From a virus (Duplodnaviria > Caudoviricetes): a stretch of 28,716 nt of DNA. This document shows positions 18,433-28,126 of the stretch, piece after piece. The stretch is taken from the IMG/VR virus record IMGVR_UViG_3300017766_003469, positions 1 through 28,716 of that record; one strand, 5' to 3'. Every line of letters starts with the position of its first letter. Position 1 is the stretch's first letter. The position numbers and the translations under genes are program-made. Under the pieces are notes generated by a model, which was not told where the DNA came from, ran no database searches, and was given only the letters and a program-made list of their open reading frames with translations.

Positions 18433-19093
18433 TAATTATTCCCATATAGGGTTTTTACCCGGTAATTCATTACAATCTTCGGAAATAAACGAAATTCAAG
18501 AAAGATTTTATCTAGATCAAACTTTGGATAATATTTTTTTATTTAATTGGTTAGTGTTTACGGAAAATTATTCCAATATAACTGGAAATTTAAATGATTT
18601 ATATTATGGATCTTCTTATTATAATTCTATACCAATAAATCCAAATTTAATAGAATCCTATTATTTGGATAATTTGATTACAATAAAAATAAAAACTGGA
18701 TGGTATAAAATAAAACACTTAACGACAAGTGAAATTGCTATATGGGTTTATTTGAATGAGGATAAAGAAACATCATTTCCTATTAATATACCATCAGGTA
18801 AATATGATATAGGATTAGATATTAGTTTTGAAGAAGTTTTATGTTCCTCTGACGAAGCGGATGAGGGATATTTTTTCAATAGTAATGTTGGTGGTTATAT
18901 TGAATCATGGATTCCCGGTTCAAATAGATTTAAACTGACAATAAATAATATCAAACTAATATACCCATTAGAACAAAATTTATCAAATATCGTTATAGGT
19001 AAAGTTAGAACAGGAATTGATAATATTCCATCTGGAACCTTTTTGATACAATATAATAATAATTATAAGATAAATAATATAGTTACTACTTAA
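18425..19093 (+). CDS. Short DUF4815-N-like virion protein, paralog 2 (lacks the N-terminal motif of paralog 1)
   Basis: F.PG..LQ.SE.NEIQ..FY...TL, CSSDE...GY.FN.N..G, G..RFK and QY.NNY.I are shared with 16454..17215. AGGA at 18412-18415 upstream of the ATG. Confidence 0.7.
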   Translation: MLNNYSHIGFLPGNSLQSSEINEIQERFYLDQTLDNIFLFNWLVFTENYSNITGNLNDLYYGSSYYNSIPINPNLIESYYLDNLITIKIKTGWYKIKHLTTSEIAIWVYLNEDKETSFPINIPSGKYDIGLDISFEEVLCSSDEADEGYFFNSNVGGYIESWIPGSNRFKLTINNIKLIYPLEQNLSNIVIGKVRTGIDNIPSGTFLIQYNNNYKINNIVTT

Positions 19094-19106
19094 ATAAGAG
19101 GATACA

Positions 19107-21404
19107 ATGCCAATTACTTCGACTTATCAGATAGCAAATTTATCAGCAAATACGACTTTTTATGATTGGTTTATAAAAGAAAATGATGAAATCATTTCCA
19201 AATTAAATTTAATGAGTGTATTCTCTGCAACTGGTGGAGATGGTATTTTAGCTACAACAGATAGCTCAGGTCTTGTAACAATTGTAATAGGTGGAACCGC
19301 CGCTAAAATAGATACAGGATTAACATTCAACGGAGATATATCCTTCAATGGATTTGTTTCTATTCCAAATATTTCATATAAAATAACTGGAATCACAACT
19401 GGTTCATCTGCTGGATTTTCATTTGGTTCTCCAGTAAGGTTTGTTGATTCATCTGATGGATATACTTTAGCAAAAGCAGATAATCAAGAAAGAGCAGAAA
19501 GTTTAGGTGTAATTTCAAGAATAACGGATACTGGAACATATGTAACAGTATTGGGTAAAATAGAAGGTGATTTTTCTGGTGTAAACGGTGGTAGTGCTTT
19601 ATCACCGGGATGTTTTTACTTCCTAAGTCCATCTGTTACTGGTGGTATAAGTACAACAGAGCCAACAAATAACGGTCAGGTATCAAAGCCAGTTCTCTTA
19701 TCATTGGGATCTACTGCTGGATTAGTTTTACAGTATAGAGGAAATTATATTAATAGTGCAGCAGCAGGGGCAGGAACAACAGGTGGTAATAGGATATTCA
19801 TCACGATTGATTCTTCTTTACCCGGATTGACTAGTCAATTTACAGTTGGTAAAGTTTTATCATACAATCCGGCTCTAGATGAAACAGACACGGATACTAT
19901 AAATTACTTCACAAATAATGGAAATAGAAATTTATTTAACGGTTGGTTCTTAAGTAGAGCTACTAATAATTTTGAAATTCCATTTGGTGGCCGAGAAGAA
20001 GATTTTTCTGTTGGTATTATTACTTCGATTACAGATCTTGGTTCGGTTTATGCATATGAAATTGCAATAGCAGGAAATGTAGAATATAGTTTAGGTTCAC
20101 CCGGTGTATATTATTTAAATGCAGATTATGATGTTGATGTTGCAGGAAGCACTCAACTTATAAAATCGAGTTCTCTGAGTTATAATGGAAAAATATTTGC
20201 TATACAATATGATGTGTCAAATATCGTAGTTGTAAATAACCCAAGAAAAGGAATATTTGGCCAAAATAATGATTTTAGATTAACATCATCAGCAGGATCT
20301 TCAGTAAATACTGAAAATTTATTATTGAATGGCGATTTCTCAATTTGGCAAAGATCATCCTTTGGTAAAAACTCTGCATATACTACCACAGGTAATTTAA
20401 TTTTTGCTGATATGTGGAGAAGACATGATGGAATATCGGGCGGAGATGGTACAAAAAGCTATAGTATACAGAGACAAGCATTTGCTGACATACAATCAGA
20501 TGTAGAAGGTAATCCTAATTATTATCTAGATGTAAAAGCTTTAGGTCTATCAGGTGAAACTGGAAATAATCTACTCATAGGTCATGTGGTAAAAGATGCA
20601 AAATCATTTAATGGTCAATCATTAACATTAAGTTTTTACGCAAAATGTACTTATCCTGATTATGTAATCCAACCTTATTATGCAAGATACAACGGAACAA
20701 CACAAATAGATTTTAACAATCTTAATGGAGAAAGCACAGTATCTCTTACTACAAGTTGGCAAAGATTTGATATACCATTTACCATAGAAACTTTACCAAG
20801 TCCAGGCTCACCCCTAGAGAATGATTATCTAGAAATAGGATTTGATTTTTATCCCCTCATAGAACAAGCAAATGCCAACTCAATACCATTAGGGCAAAAT
20901 TTAGTTGTCAGTATATCATCTGTCTGTTTATTCGGCAATCAAGCTTATACATTCCCACATATTCATAAAGATTTAAATGAAAGATTAGATCACTGTCATC
21001 ATTTTTATTATAGCACATATGGATTGGAAGAGAATGTATTAGATAAAAGTATGTTAAATGATATAGACGCAAATTTAACTACAAAAAATCATATAATATT
21101 ACCAATTAATTATTGCACTTATATTCAATGGCCTAATGAAATGAGAACTACACCCAGCATCACCGTATATTCTCCAAAAACAGGATACACGGGCGATGCA
21201 TATAATCAAACAGCAACTAGAGATCTTAGAAATTGCACAGGAACTTTAGGTTATAATGCACAGAGAAGAGTTGCAAAATTAGGAGCTAGTACAATTGATA
21301 CAAATCCAACCAAAAATGGAGTTAAATTATGTGTATCGGGTGGAGCTGTTCCTTATGATAATATATTTTATCATATAATTGCAGATGCGGATTATCCAAT
21401 ATGA
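19107..21404 (+). CDS. Tail fibre / receptor-binding protein with two copies of the module shared with downstream paralogs and a C-terminal carbohydrate-binding-like domain
   Basis: GAGGA SD. N-terminal TF.DWF.K.N. Module Y.LA.A....AE.LG.I....YFLS....G.....P. C-terminal NLL.NGDF.IWQR...ADMW...LTLSFYAK...LTTSWQRF...C..FYY...MR..P, common in phage fibres. Confidence 0.7.
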   Translation: MPITSTYQIANLSANTTFYDWFIKENDEIISKLNLMSVFSATGGDGILATTDSSGLVTIVIGGTAAKIDTGLTFNGDISFNGFVSIPNISYKITGITTGSSAGFSFGSPVRFVDSSDGYTLAKADNQERAESLGVISRITDTGTYVTVLGKIEGDFSGVNGGSALSPGCFYFLSPSVTGGISTTEPTNNGQVSKPVLLSLGSTAGLVLQYRGNYINSAAAGAGTTGGNRIFITIDSSLPGLTSQFTVGKVLSYNPALDETDTDTINYFTNNGNRNLFNGWFLSRATNNFEIPFGGREEDFSVGIITSITDLGSVYAYEIAIAGNVEYSLGSPGVYYLNADYDVDVAGSTQLIKSSSLSYNGKIFAIQYDVSNIVVVNNPRKGIFGQNNDFRLTSSAGSSVNTENLLLNGDFSIWQRSSFGKNSAYTTTGNLIFADMWRRHDGISGGDGTKSYSIQRQAFADIQSDVEGNPNYYLDVKALGLSGETGNNLLIGHVVKDAKSFNGQSLTLSFYAKCTYPDYVIQPYYARYNGTTQIDFNNLNGESTVSLTTSWQRFDIPFTIETLPSPGSPLENDYLEIGFDFYPLIEQANANSIPLGQNLVVSISSVCLFGNQAYTFPHIHKDLNERLDHCHHFYYSTYGLEENVLDKSMLNDIDANLTTKNHIILPINYCTYIQWPNEMRTTPSITVYSPKTGYTGDAYNQTATRDLRNCTGTLGYNAQRRVAKLGASTIDTNPTKNGVKLCVSGGAVPYDNIFYHIIADADYPI

Positions 21405-22660
21405 GTTGTAATTCGTCTACATTCTCATCCACTACAGTTTTCTTAGATGGAGATGATGGTGGAACCAGATTATTGATACAGATAGCAGATGCTTCGTGCA
21501 CTGGTGGTGTTACAGCAGGTGATGTAATACATTACGATGCCCTAACTAACTATTATACAAAATCTATTGCAGATAATCCTCCCAATTCTGAAGTTTTTGG
21601 GATTGTTGAATCTGTAAATATAGATGGATCTAAAAATGTTATAATATATGGATCTATTAATTTACCAAGTTCAGCAATAGAAGATATTCCTGTTGGCTCA
21701 ACTGGTGCCGGTGGCGGATCTGATATTTATTTTTTAAGTCCAGATAATGCTGGTAAATTAAGAAATACATCACCAACAGAATTAACACAAATAATAAAAC
21801 CAATATATCAAACAGCTCCGCATGGTAATGGTTCATATACTGGTATTGTTATGAATTATATTGGATATAAAGTTCCATCAGAAATTTCAATATATGTGCC
21901 AGAAAATAGATCAATACCTATTGGAAGTATAGAATACTACATGAGTAGTAGCATAAACGGCGAATCTACAATTTCTTCTAATTATGCGATAAATCAAATA
22001 ACAACGACTGTAATTGGACAAGATTATTTACGATTTAAGAATAAATATTCAAATAGATTTGGTAAAAAATTTATTGGATATATTACACCTATTCCAATTA
22101 ATCGAGGAACAGTTAGTCCGGTTTTTTGGCCAGCATGGAATCCAGAAGCATTTCAGAATCAACCGATTAATTGTAGAATATCAGATCCACCTAGCGAGAA
22201 TGGTGGTCTTGGAATAGAAAATCTTGATATTAATATAAATCAAGGAATAATTTATTTTGATTCTATAGTACCAAGTAGTTCTGTTGGACCAGACTCTCCC
22301 CTTATTGTTAATGGAGAATATTTTATAGAATTGTTACCTAGTCTTGTACCAATTGGTGGGTTTCGTCTATTAAATGTTCAGGAATATTCTGATTTAACTA
22401 CAGTTCCCTCAATAATGAATCCTTTACGGGGGTTTTCCAAAACAGATCAAGATAATAATACAATATCAAATGCATTTGATGATACTTGGATTACATTATT
22501 ATTAAAAATAAAAAATCAACCTGTTGTAAATAATCTACAAATTTTACAAGCAACAACGGTTAATACTTCAAATTTAATATTAAATGGATCAGACATCATA
22601 ACAACTATAAATGATTTAGAATCTAGAATTGAAATAGCAGAACAACAAATAAATAGATAA
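21401..22660 (+). CDS. Fibre-like structural protein, paralog A (419 aa)
   Basis: Conserved ~160-aa N-terminal module, unique middle, C-terminal heptad INDLESRIEIAEQQI. Confidence 0.7.
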   Translation: MSCNSSTFSSTTVFLDGDDGGTRLLIQIADASCTGGVTAGDVIHYDALTNYYTKSIADNPPNSEVFGIVESVNIDGSKNVIIYGSINLPSSAIEDIPVGSTGAGGGSDIYFLSPDNAGKLRNTSPTELTQIIKPIYQTAPHGNGSYTGIVMNYIGYKVPSEISIYVPENRSIPIGSIEYYMSSSINGESTISSNYAINQITTTVIGQDYLRFKNKYSNRFGKKFIGYITPIPINRGTVSPVFWPAWNPEAFQNQPINCRISDPPSENGGLGIENLDININQGIIYFDSIVPSSSVGPDSPLIVNGEYFIELLPSLVPIGGFRLLNVQEYSDLTTVPSIMNPLRGFSKTDQDNNTISNAFDDTWITLLLKIKNQPVVNNLQILQATTVNTSNLILNGSDIITTINDLESRIEIAEQQINR

Positions 22661-22661
22661 T

Positions 22662-23921
22662 ATGCCCTGCAATACATCAACTAATATTATTTCTGGAGTT
22701 TCCAAACTAAATGCATATAAAGAAGCATCTAGATTAGTAATTGTTATTTCAGAGGAATTGTCACCATCTATCGGTGTTGGTGATGTCATCCGATATGACT
22801 CAATAGATAATATCTATAAATTATCGGTTGCAAACGGTACAGTTGAATCTGAAGTTGTTGGTATAGTTGAATCTATTAATACAGATAATTCTAAAAATGT
22901 TGTAATATATGGTTCTATAAATTTACCATCACAAAATTTAATATATTTAGATGCAGATCCAACAGGTGCTAGTGGTGGAAATGATATATTTTTCTTAAGT
23001 GATACTGTTGATGGTGGATTACAAAATCTAGCACCAAGTGGATCGACATCAATTATAAAAGCGGTATATCAGATTGCTCCTCATGGATCATACACCGGTA
23101 TTGTTATTAATAAAATAGGTTATTCTATAGGTGGACCTATTGTAAATAATTTATTAAACGATCAGGATGATATCGGGTTTTTGCACAAATACTTAGCATT
23201 AGCTAATGATACAGATATTACTAATTATCCGTTTTATGTTGTTAAAAAATCTCCAAATGGTTTATATGGAATTAATTCTATCAAAAAATCAGAAAATTTA
23301 GATTATTTTAATAAATATGGAGTTAATTTTGGTTACATCGAAATAAGTAAACTTTCACCAGAATTTCCAGTAAATTCTAATATTTTAAACTGGTTTCTTT
23401 TTGATTATTATCAACCAAATTCTAGCTTTTTTAATGGACAAGTTACCTCCATAGATGCCATAGAAAACACCATAACAATAACAAAAGGATCACAACCAAA
23501 TCAAATAATTCCAACTCAAACAATTAATCAAGGCAATTATAGATATTGGATTGAATCGAGTCCAACTACAACACAAGTAGCAATAAGTCAAGATAATGTA
23601 ACCAATTCATCAGCATATCTGCAAACACCAATAACTTTCATAGAAAATGATATTGATATCATTGGTATTCCTATTTTGAATCCAGTAACAGCATCAACAA
23701 GTATATTCGATGCGGCTGGAATTCTTATTCCAAACACAATATTCACTGTTAATTTTATAATTAAAAAAGAAAATTCACAAGCAGCTTTAAATATACCAGC
23801 AAATTCATTAATTAATCAATTGAATGTTGTTAATTTAAATGTTGGTGATATAACTATTTCAGATAAATTATTAGAATTAGAAAATAGATTAACTTACATA
23901 GAAAATAGATTGTCGATGTAG
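22662..23921 (+). CDS. Fibre-like structural protein, paralog B (419 aa)
   Basis: Same N-terminal module; C-terminal LLELENRLTYIENRL. Confidence 0.7.
   Translation: MPCNTSTNIISGVSKLNAYKEASRLVIVISEELSPSIGVGDVIRYDSIDNIYKLSVANGTVESEVVGIVESINTDNSKNVVIYGSINLPSQNLIYLDADPTGASGGNDIFFLSDTVDGGLQNLAPSGSTSIIKAVYQIAPHGSYTGIVINKIGYSIGGPIVNNLLNDQDDIGFLHKYLALANDTDITNYPFYVVKKSPNGLYGINSIKKSENLDYFNKYGVNFGYIEISKLSPEFPVNSNILNWFLFDYYQPNSSFFNGQVTSIDAIENTITITKGSQPNQIIPTQTINQGNYRYWIESSPTTTQVAISQDNVTNSSAYLQTPITFIENDIDIIGIPILNPVTASTSIFDAAGILIPNTIFTVNFIIKKENSQAALNIPANSLINQLNVVNLNVGDITISDKLLELENRLTYIENRLSM
22851..22928 (+). repeat. 78-bp perfect direct repeat, copy 1 (copy 2 at 24127..24204)
   Basis: GAAGTTGTTGGTATAGTTGAATCT...GGTTCTATAAATTTACCA is identical in paralogs B and C. 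Confidence 0.92.
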
Positions 23922-23922
23922 T

Positions 23923-25227
23923 ATGCCATGTAATAACTCTTCAAATATAAATATCAGAAAAACATATATAACGATTACTAACGGTGGTTCTCGTTTAATG
24001 ATAACTATACCAGATAGTAAATGTGCTGTTGGTGTTACTTATGGTAGCGTTATAAGATACGACCCAGAAGCAAATTTTAATACTGGTCTTTATAAATTAT
24101 CAACAGCTAATAATATACAATCATCCGAAGTTGTTGGTATAGTTGAATCTATTAATACAGATAATTCTAAAAATGTTGTAATATATGGTTCTATAAATTT
24201 ACCAAATTCTTCTATAGAAAATGCAATAGTTGGTAGTAGTGGTGGATCTGGTGGTGCAGATATTTACTTTTTAAGTTCAACAACATCAGGAAAATTAAAT
24301 AATTTACCCCCAACAGAATTAACTCATGTAGTAAAACCAATATACCAAACAGCTCCACACGGCAATGGTTCATATACTGGTGTGGTTATGAATTATATTG
24401 GATATAAAATAGACGGAGCTGACTTCTCTTCCCCACAAGCAAATGTTGTTAATAATTTCGTGGGAAATACTAATATAATTGACCCCGACTCAAACTCAGG
24501 TGTCGGTTTAATAAAATTTATGTTAGTAGATACTGAATTAGGATATCAGATCCCAGAAACATTTGTTGATATGACTATATCACACATATTACCACAAACA
24601 GAGTATCCAGATTATTTTAATATTTTTAATTATTATAATTTTGTTTATACATTTGGAAATCCGGTAAGTAATTTATCCCCCCCGAGTAGACTATTCATAG
24701 AATATTGTGTTTGTGATTCTACACATATAGTTAATTCAGCAAATATAGGTAAATTTATTTTTAAACAAAATGATGTAGCTTATTTCGTCAAAATAATAGA
24801 TTTTGATCCCGTAAATAACGCTTATATTTTATCACACAACATGTCATCATTGACTGCTAATGTAACACGAACCTCAACAGAACAACCAACCTTTAATTAT
24901 GGTATTAGCAATACTGCGGCCAATCCATTATCTGTTGCTGGATTCTTTAGATTTAACACAGTAACTCCATATGGATTTCACACGCCAATTATTAAATTTA
25001 ACAATACAATTTTTGATTCATATGGAAATAACACCGCAACGACTTCTAATTATAAAGTAATACCTTTACTAAAAGTTAAAAAAGATATACAGGGTGGAGC
25101 ATCGTTAGTAGAAAATAATCAATTTGATGTTGATACATTATTGATAAATAATGAAAACATTAATTTTATTTTAGAAAATTTAGAAAATAGATTACAAGAA
25201 GTAGAGACAAGGCTCTTGATTACATAA
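23923..25227 (+). CDS. Fibre-like structural protein, paralog C (434 aa)
   Basis: Same N-terminal module; C-terminal LENLENRLQEVETRL. Confidence 0.7.
   Translation: MPCNNSSNINIRKTYITITNGGSRLMITIPDSKCAVGVTYGSVIRYDPEANFNTGLYKLSTANNIQSSEVVGIVESINTDNSKNVVIYGSINLPNSSIENAIVGSSGGSGGADIYFLSSTTSGKLNNLPPTELTHVVKPIYQTAPHGNGSYTGVVMNYIGYKIDGADFSSPQANVVNNFVGNTNIIDPDSNSGVGLIKFMLVDTELGYQIPETFVDMTISHILPQTEYPDYFNIFNYYNFVYTFGNPVSNLSPPSRLFIEYCVCDSTHIVNSANIGKFIFKQNDVAYFVKIIDFDPVNNAYILSHNMSSLTANVTRTSTEQPTFNYGISNTAANPLSVAGFFRFNTVTPYGFHTPIIKFNNTIFDSYGNNTATTSNYKVIPLLKVKKDIQGGASLVENNQFDVDTLLINNENINFILENLENRLQEVETRLLIT
24127..24204 (+). repeat. 78-bp perfect direct repeat, copy 2
   Basis: Identical to 22851..22928 by direct comparison. 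Confidence 0.92.
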
Positions 25228-25228
25228 T

Positions 25229-28126
25229 ATGCCAAATTTTATATACGGTAGCAGTCCTATAACAAGAACAAATGTTTCCTATTCCTATGGATTTACAGGT
25301 CCCACAGGAAACACAGGTCCTATAGGTCCAACAGGCCCAACAGGACAATCCATAACAGGACCAACTGGTAGCACCGGGGGAAATCTACTTAATATAATTC
25401 AAAATCAAGATGGAACTTTAAAATTCTTATTTAGCGATGGGACTATATTAGGAACAACTATGCCTATAGTTGGTCCAACTGGAAACTTTTATTTATCTGG
25501 TAGCGGTTATAGTTTAGCAGAAATTAATATTTTAGCTAATAATGAAACTTTAGCATCATATACTGATATAAATGGGACAGTACATCAAGTAGACATAATA
25601 AACTTTAAAAATATAAAAACAAACAGCTCTCCATTTATTTCTATAACTGATGATGGAAACACAATAACAGTTAATTATGATTTAGTTGGACTAGCATTTA
25701 TTGATGCTGAAGGTGAAATAGGTCGACTATTAAAGAATGCAACTGGTGACATTCAAGTAGGACAAACTGGAACTTTCCACGATCCATCTAATAAATCAAA
25801 CGATCTTCAAATATCAAATGTTAGCAATCGTTTAATAATTAAAAATTCATATGAACCCGCTAATAGTGGAACTAAAATTTGGTATTTAGATTCTGAAGAA
25901 GGAAATGCATTTTATTTAAATGGAGCAAGCGCAGCGAATGGATCTTGGATAATTTTAAAAAATCCAAGAGATTCAAATATAACAACGGCAATAACCGTAA
26001 TTACTTCACCGGGAATGAACACTCAAAAACCTGTTGAATTTTATTACACTAAAAATAATTATTCCACTAGCATACCTGCAAATCTAAATTTCAGAGAAAT
26101 ATCATCGGTAATATGGCCATACGGCGATATACCATGTCTTACTGAAAAACATGATGTGTTTAATTTTATTTCTATAGGTGGAGTGTGGTATGGTTCTTTA
26201 ATCAGAAGAAATATCTATTTAGATAGTAGGGATTTATATTTTGATTATGTTCCTGGTCAAGTCCTGATAAATGATCCTTATAGAGAAGGTAGTGATTTAA
26301 TACTCATTGACGATATAACTATAAGTGAACTAACTTCATGTAGACCTGTTGGTGCATTTTTTGCAAATGTTGGAGAGAATTATTCAGCAATAACTGGAGC
26401 TTGTTGCACCCTAAATTGCTCATGTGTCGAAAGTTTTAATAGTCAATGTATTGGTTATTTTATTCCGGGTATAACTTGTTATTCTGGAATAACATTTTGT
26501 ACTACCTATGGTTCTTGTTGTTTGCAAACTGGCGATGGCCAAATTTTACCATGTCAAGAATTATCATATTGTGATTGTGTAACAATTGCTACTAATTCGA
26601 ATATGTCTTTTGTTTGGAATGAATTTAAAGGATTAAAACAAAGTTGTAACGATTTTGATTGTTCAATCTCGTTCGAGGGATTTGGAGCTTGTTGTGATGG
26701 ATATGGTAACTGCACAATAACTAGAAGTGATAATTGCAATGGATATTATCAGGGAATAGGAACAAAGTGTGTAACTTCTACAAATAAATCAGTTTGTTCA
26801 GATGGTTATGGTGCATGCTGCGACTCGGGTATAACTTGTAATAGTGGTTATACTGCATCTCTATGTTTATCTGAAAATAAAACATATTTTGGTGATGGAA
26901 CTGAGTGTGAATATTCAAATTGTTCAACTAACAATATTTCTTGCTATGGTGTTGTTCAAGGACAAACTTTAAAAATTGGAGATGTTTATTCTGACGGAAT
27001 AGTAGTTGGAATATTTGATCCCAAATCATCAAATTGTTTTGGTAATCCAATATTTGGTGCATCTGCACAAGCATCATCTTATGAAAGTTTAACTACATCA
27101 GGTGAGGAAACCGCATGTGGATTATATAAAACAAGATATGATTATGTTGGATATGGATTTACAGGTGCAGATGGATTGTGTGAAGAATCCGGGGATTCTT
27201 ACATTATGTTACTCAGTTTACATCCAATAGTTCTAGACTCAAATAAGAATATTGTTTCGTTTGGAGATACTGCTGGTATTGAAATGGATTTTTCTTGGAG
27301 TCATGGTGGAAATTATTGGGGACCAATTTTTAACCCACAAACAGGAATTGATGAAGAATTTAGTCCAATTTCATTATCTTATAAAGAAGGATACATTTAC
27401 GATTATAATGATATTAATACTAAGACAAGTTTACCGTATATGTCATTTGCTGGTTGTGGTGTATCACGAACAACAGATGATCCCAAAAATTGGCAAGCAA
27501 AAAATCCAAATATTTCATTTAATGGGAAGTGGTTTAGAAATTATGGATTCATGAATAGTGTAAGAATGCTAAATGCAGAATATTCATATTATTATGGAAA
27601 AACTGGAGAATATTATACTTCAAGCACTTATCAAATAGTACAGAATGCAATCAATGTCACGGCGTCTAGAGCGTTGGCTCTATATAATAAACAAAAATCA
27701 GAAACAAATACTTTTATTTCTGATTGGTTTATTCCTTCTCACGATGAACTTGCATTTATTGCAAAATCGTCATTAAATACAAATATTGAAGAAAATATTA
27801 ATATTAAACTTTTACAAAATGGTGGAACTCCGTTGGATGGATGGCATTGGTCGTCAACTGGTTCATTTACAGAAGGTAGCAATGAATATATATTAAATCA
27901 TCCAGATGGAATAACATATGGAACATCTGCTTGGGCTATTAAATTTGATTCTAATGGAAATTCTGAATTGTATAAAGTAGCAAAAGCAAATAGAATTTCA
28001 AATAAATATAAAGTTAGACCAATAAAAATGATAAGATGTGATGGGGTAAATGTTTCCAATCTCGCATCAAATAATATTTTCTGGAGAATGGTGAACTTCG
28101 AAGAATATATAACGGAATTAGAATGA
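25229..28126 (+). CDS. Collagen-like fibre/adhesin with four Cys-rich G[AS]CC repeats and a C-terminal DUF1566/C-type-lectin-like domain
   Basis: Short GPT collagen run; GACC, GSCC, GACC, GACC repeats; then IGD.Y..G.VVG...WFIPS.DEL...WSST...AW...F...KVRP. Confidence 0.72.
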   Translation: MPNFIYGSSPITRTNVSYSYGFTGPTGNTGPIGPTGPTGQSITGPTGSTGGNLLNIIQNQDGTLKFLFSDGTILGTTMPIVGPTGNFYLSGSGYSLAEINILANNETLASYTDINGTVHQVDIINFKNIKTNSSPFISITDDGNTITVNYDLVGLAFIDAEGEIGRLLKNATGDIQVGQTGTFHDPSNKSNDLQISNVSNRLIIKNSYEPANSGTKIWYLDSEEGNAFYLNGASAANGSWIILKNPRDSNITTAITVITSPGMNTQKPVEFYYTKNNYSTSIPANLNFREISSVIWPYGDIPCLTEKHDVFNFISIGGVWYGSLIRRNIYLDSRDLYFDYVPGQVLINDPYREGSDLILIDDITISELTSCRPVGAFFANVGENYSAITGACCTLNCSCVESFNSQCIGYFIPGITCYSGITFCTTYGSCCLQTGDGQILPCQELSYCDCVTIATNSNMSFVWNEFKGLKQSCNDFDCSISFEGFGACCDGYGNCTITRSDNCNGYYQGIGTKCVTSTNKSVCSDGYGACCDSGITCNSGYTASLCLSENKTYFGDGTECEYSNCSTNNISCYGVVQGQTLKIGDVYSDGIVVGIFDPKSSNCFGNPIFGASAQASSYESLTTSGEETACGLYKTRYDYVGYGFTGADGLCEESGDSYIMLLSLHPIVLDSNKNIVSFGDTAGIEMDFSWSHGGNYWGPIFNPQTGIDEEFSPISLSYKEGYIYDYNDINTKTSLPYMSFAGCGVSRTTDDPKNWQAKNPNISFNGKWFRNYGFMNSVRMLNAEYSYYYGKTGEYYTSSTYQIVQNAINVTASRALALYNKQKSETNTFISDWFIPSHDELAFIAKSSLNTNIEENINIKLLQNGGTPLDGWHWSSTGSFTEGSNEYILNHPDGITYGTSAWAIKFDSNGNSELYKVAKANRISNKYKVRPIKMIRCDGVNVSNLASNNIFWRMVNFEEYITELE

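Noticed and set aside
2792-27554. Short (60-122 aa) alternative-frame and antisense ORFs nested in the structural genes
   Set aside because: They overlap well-supported genes, lack recognisable motifs and are expected by chance.
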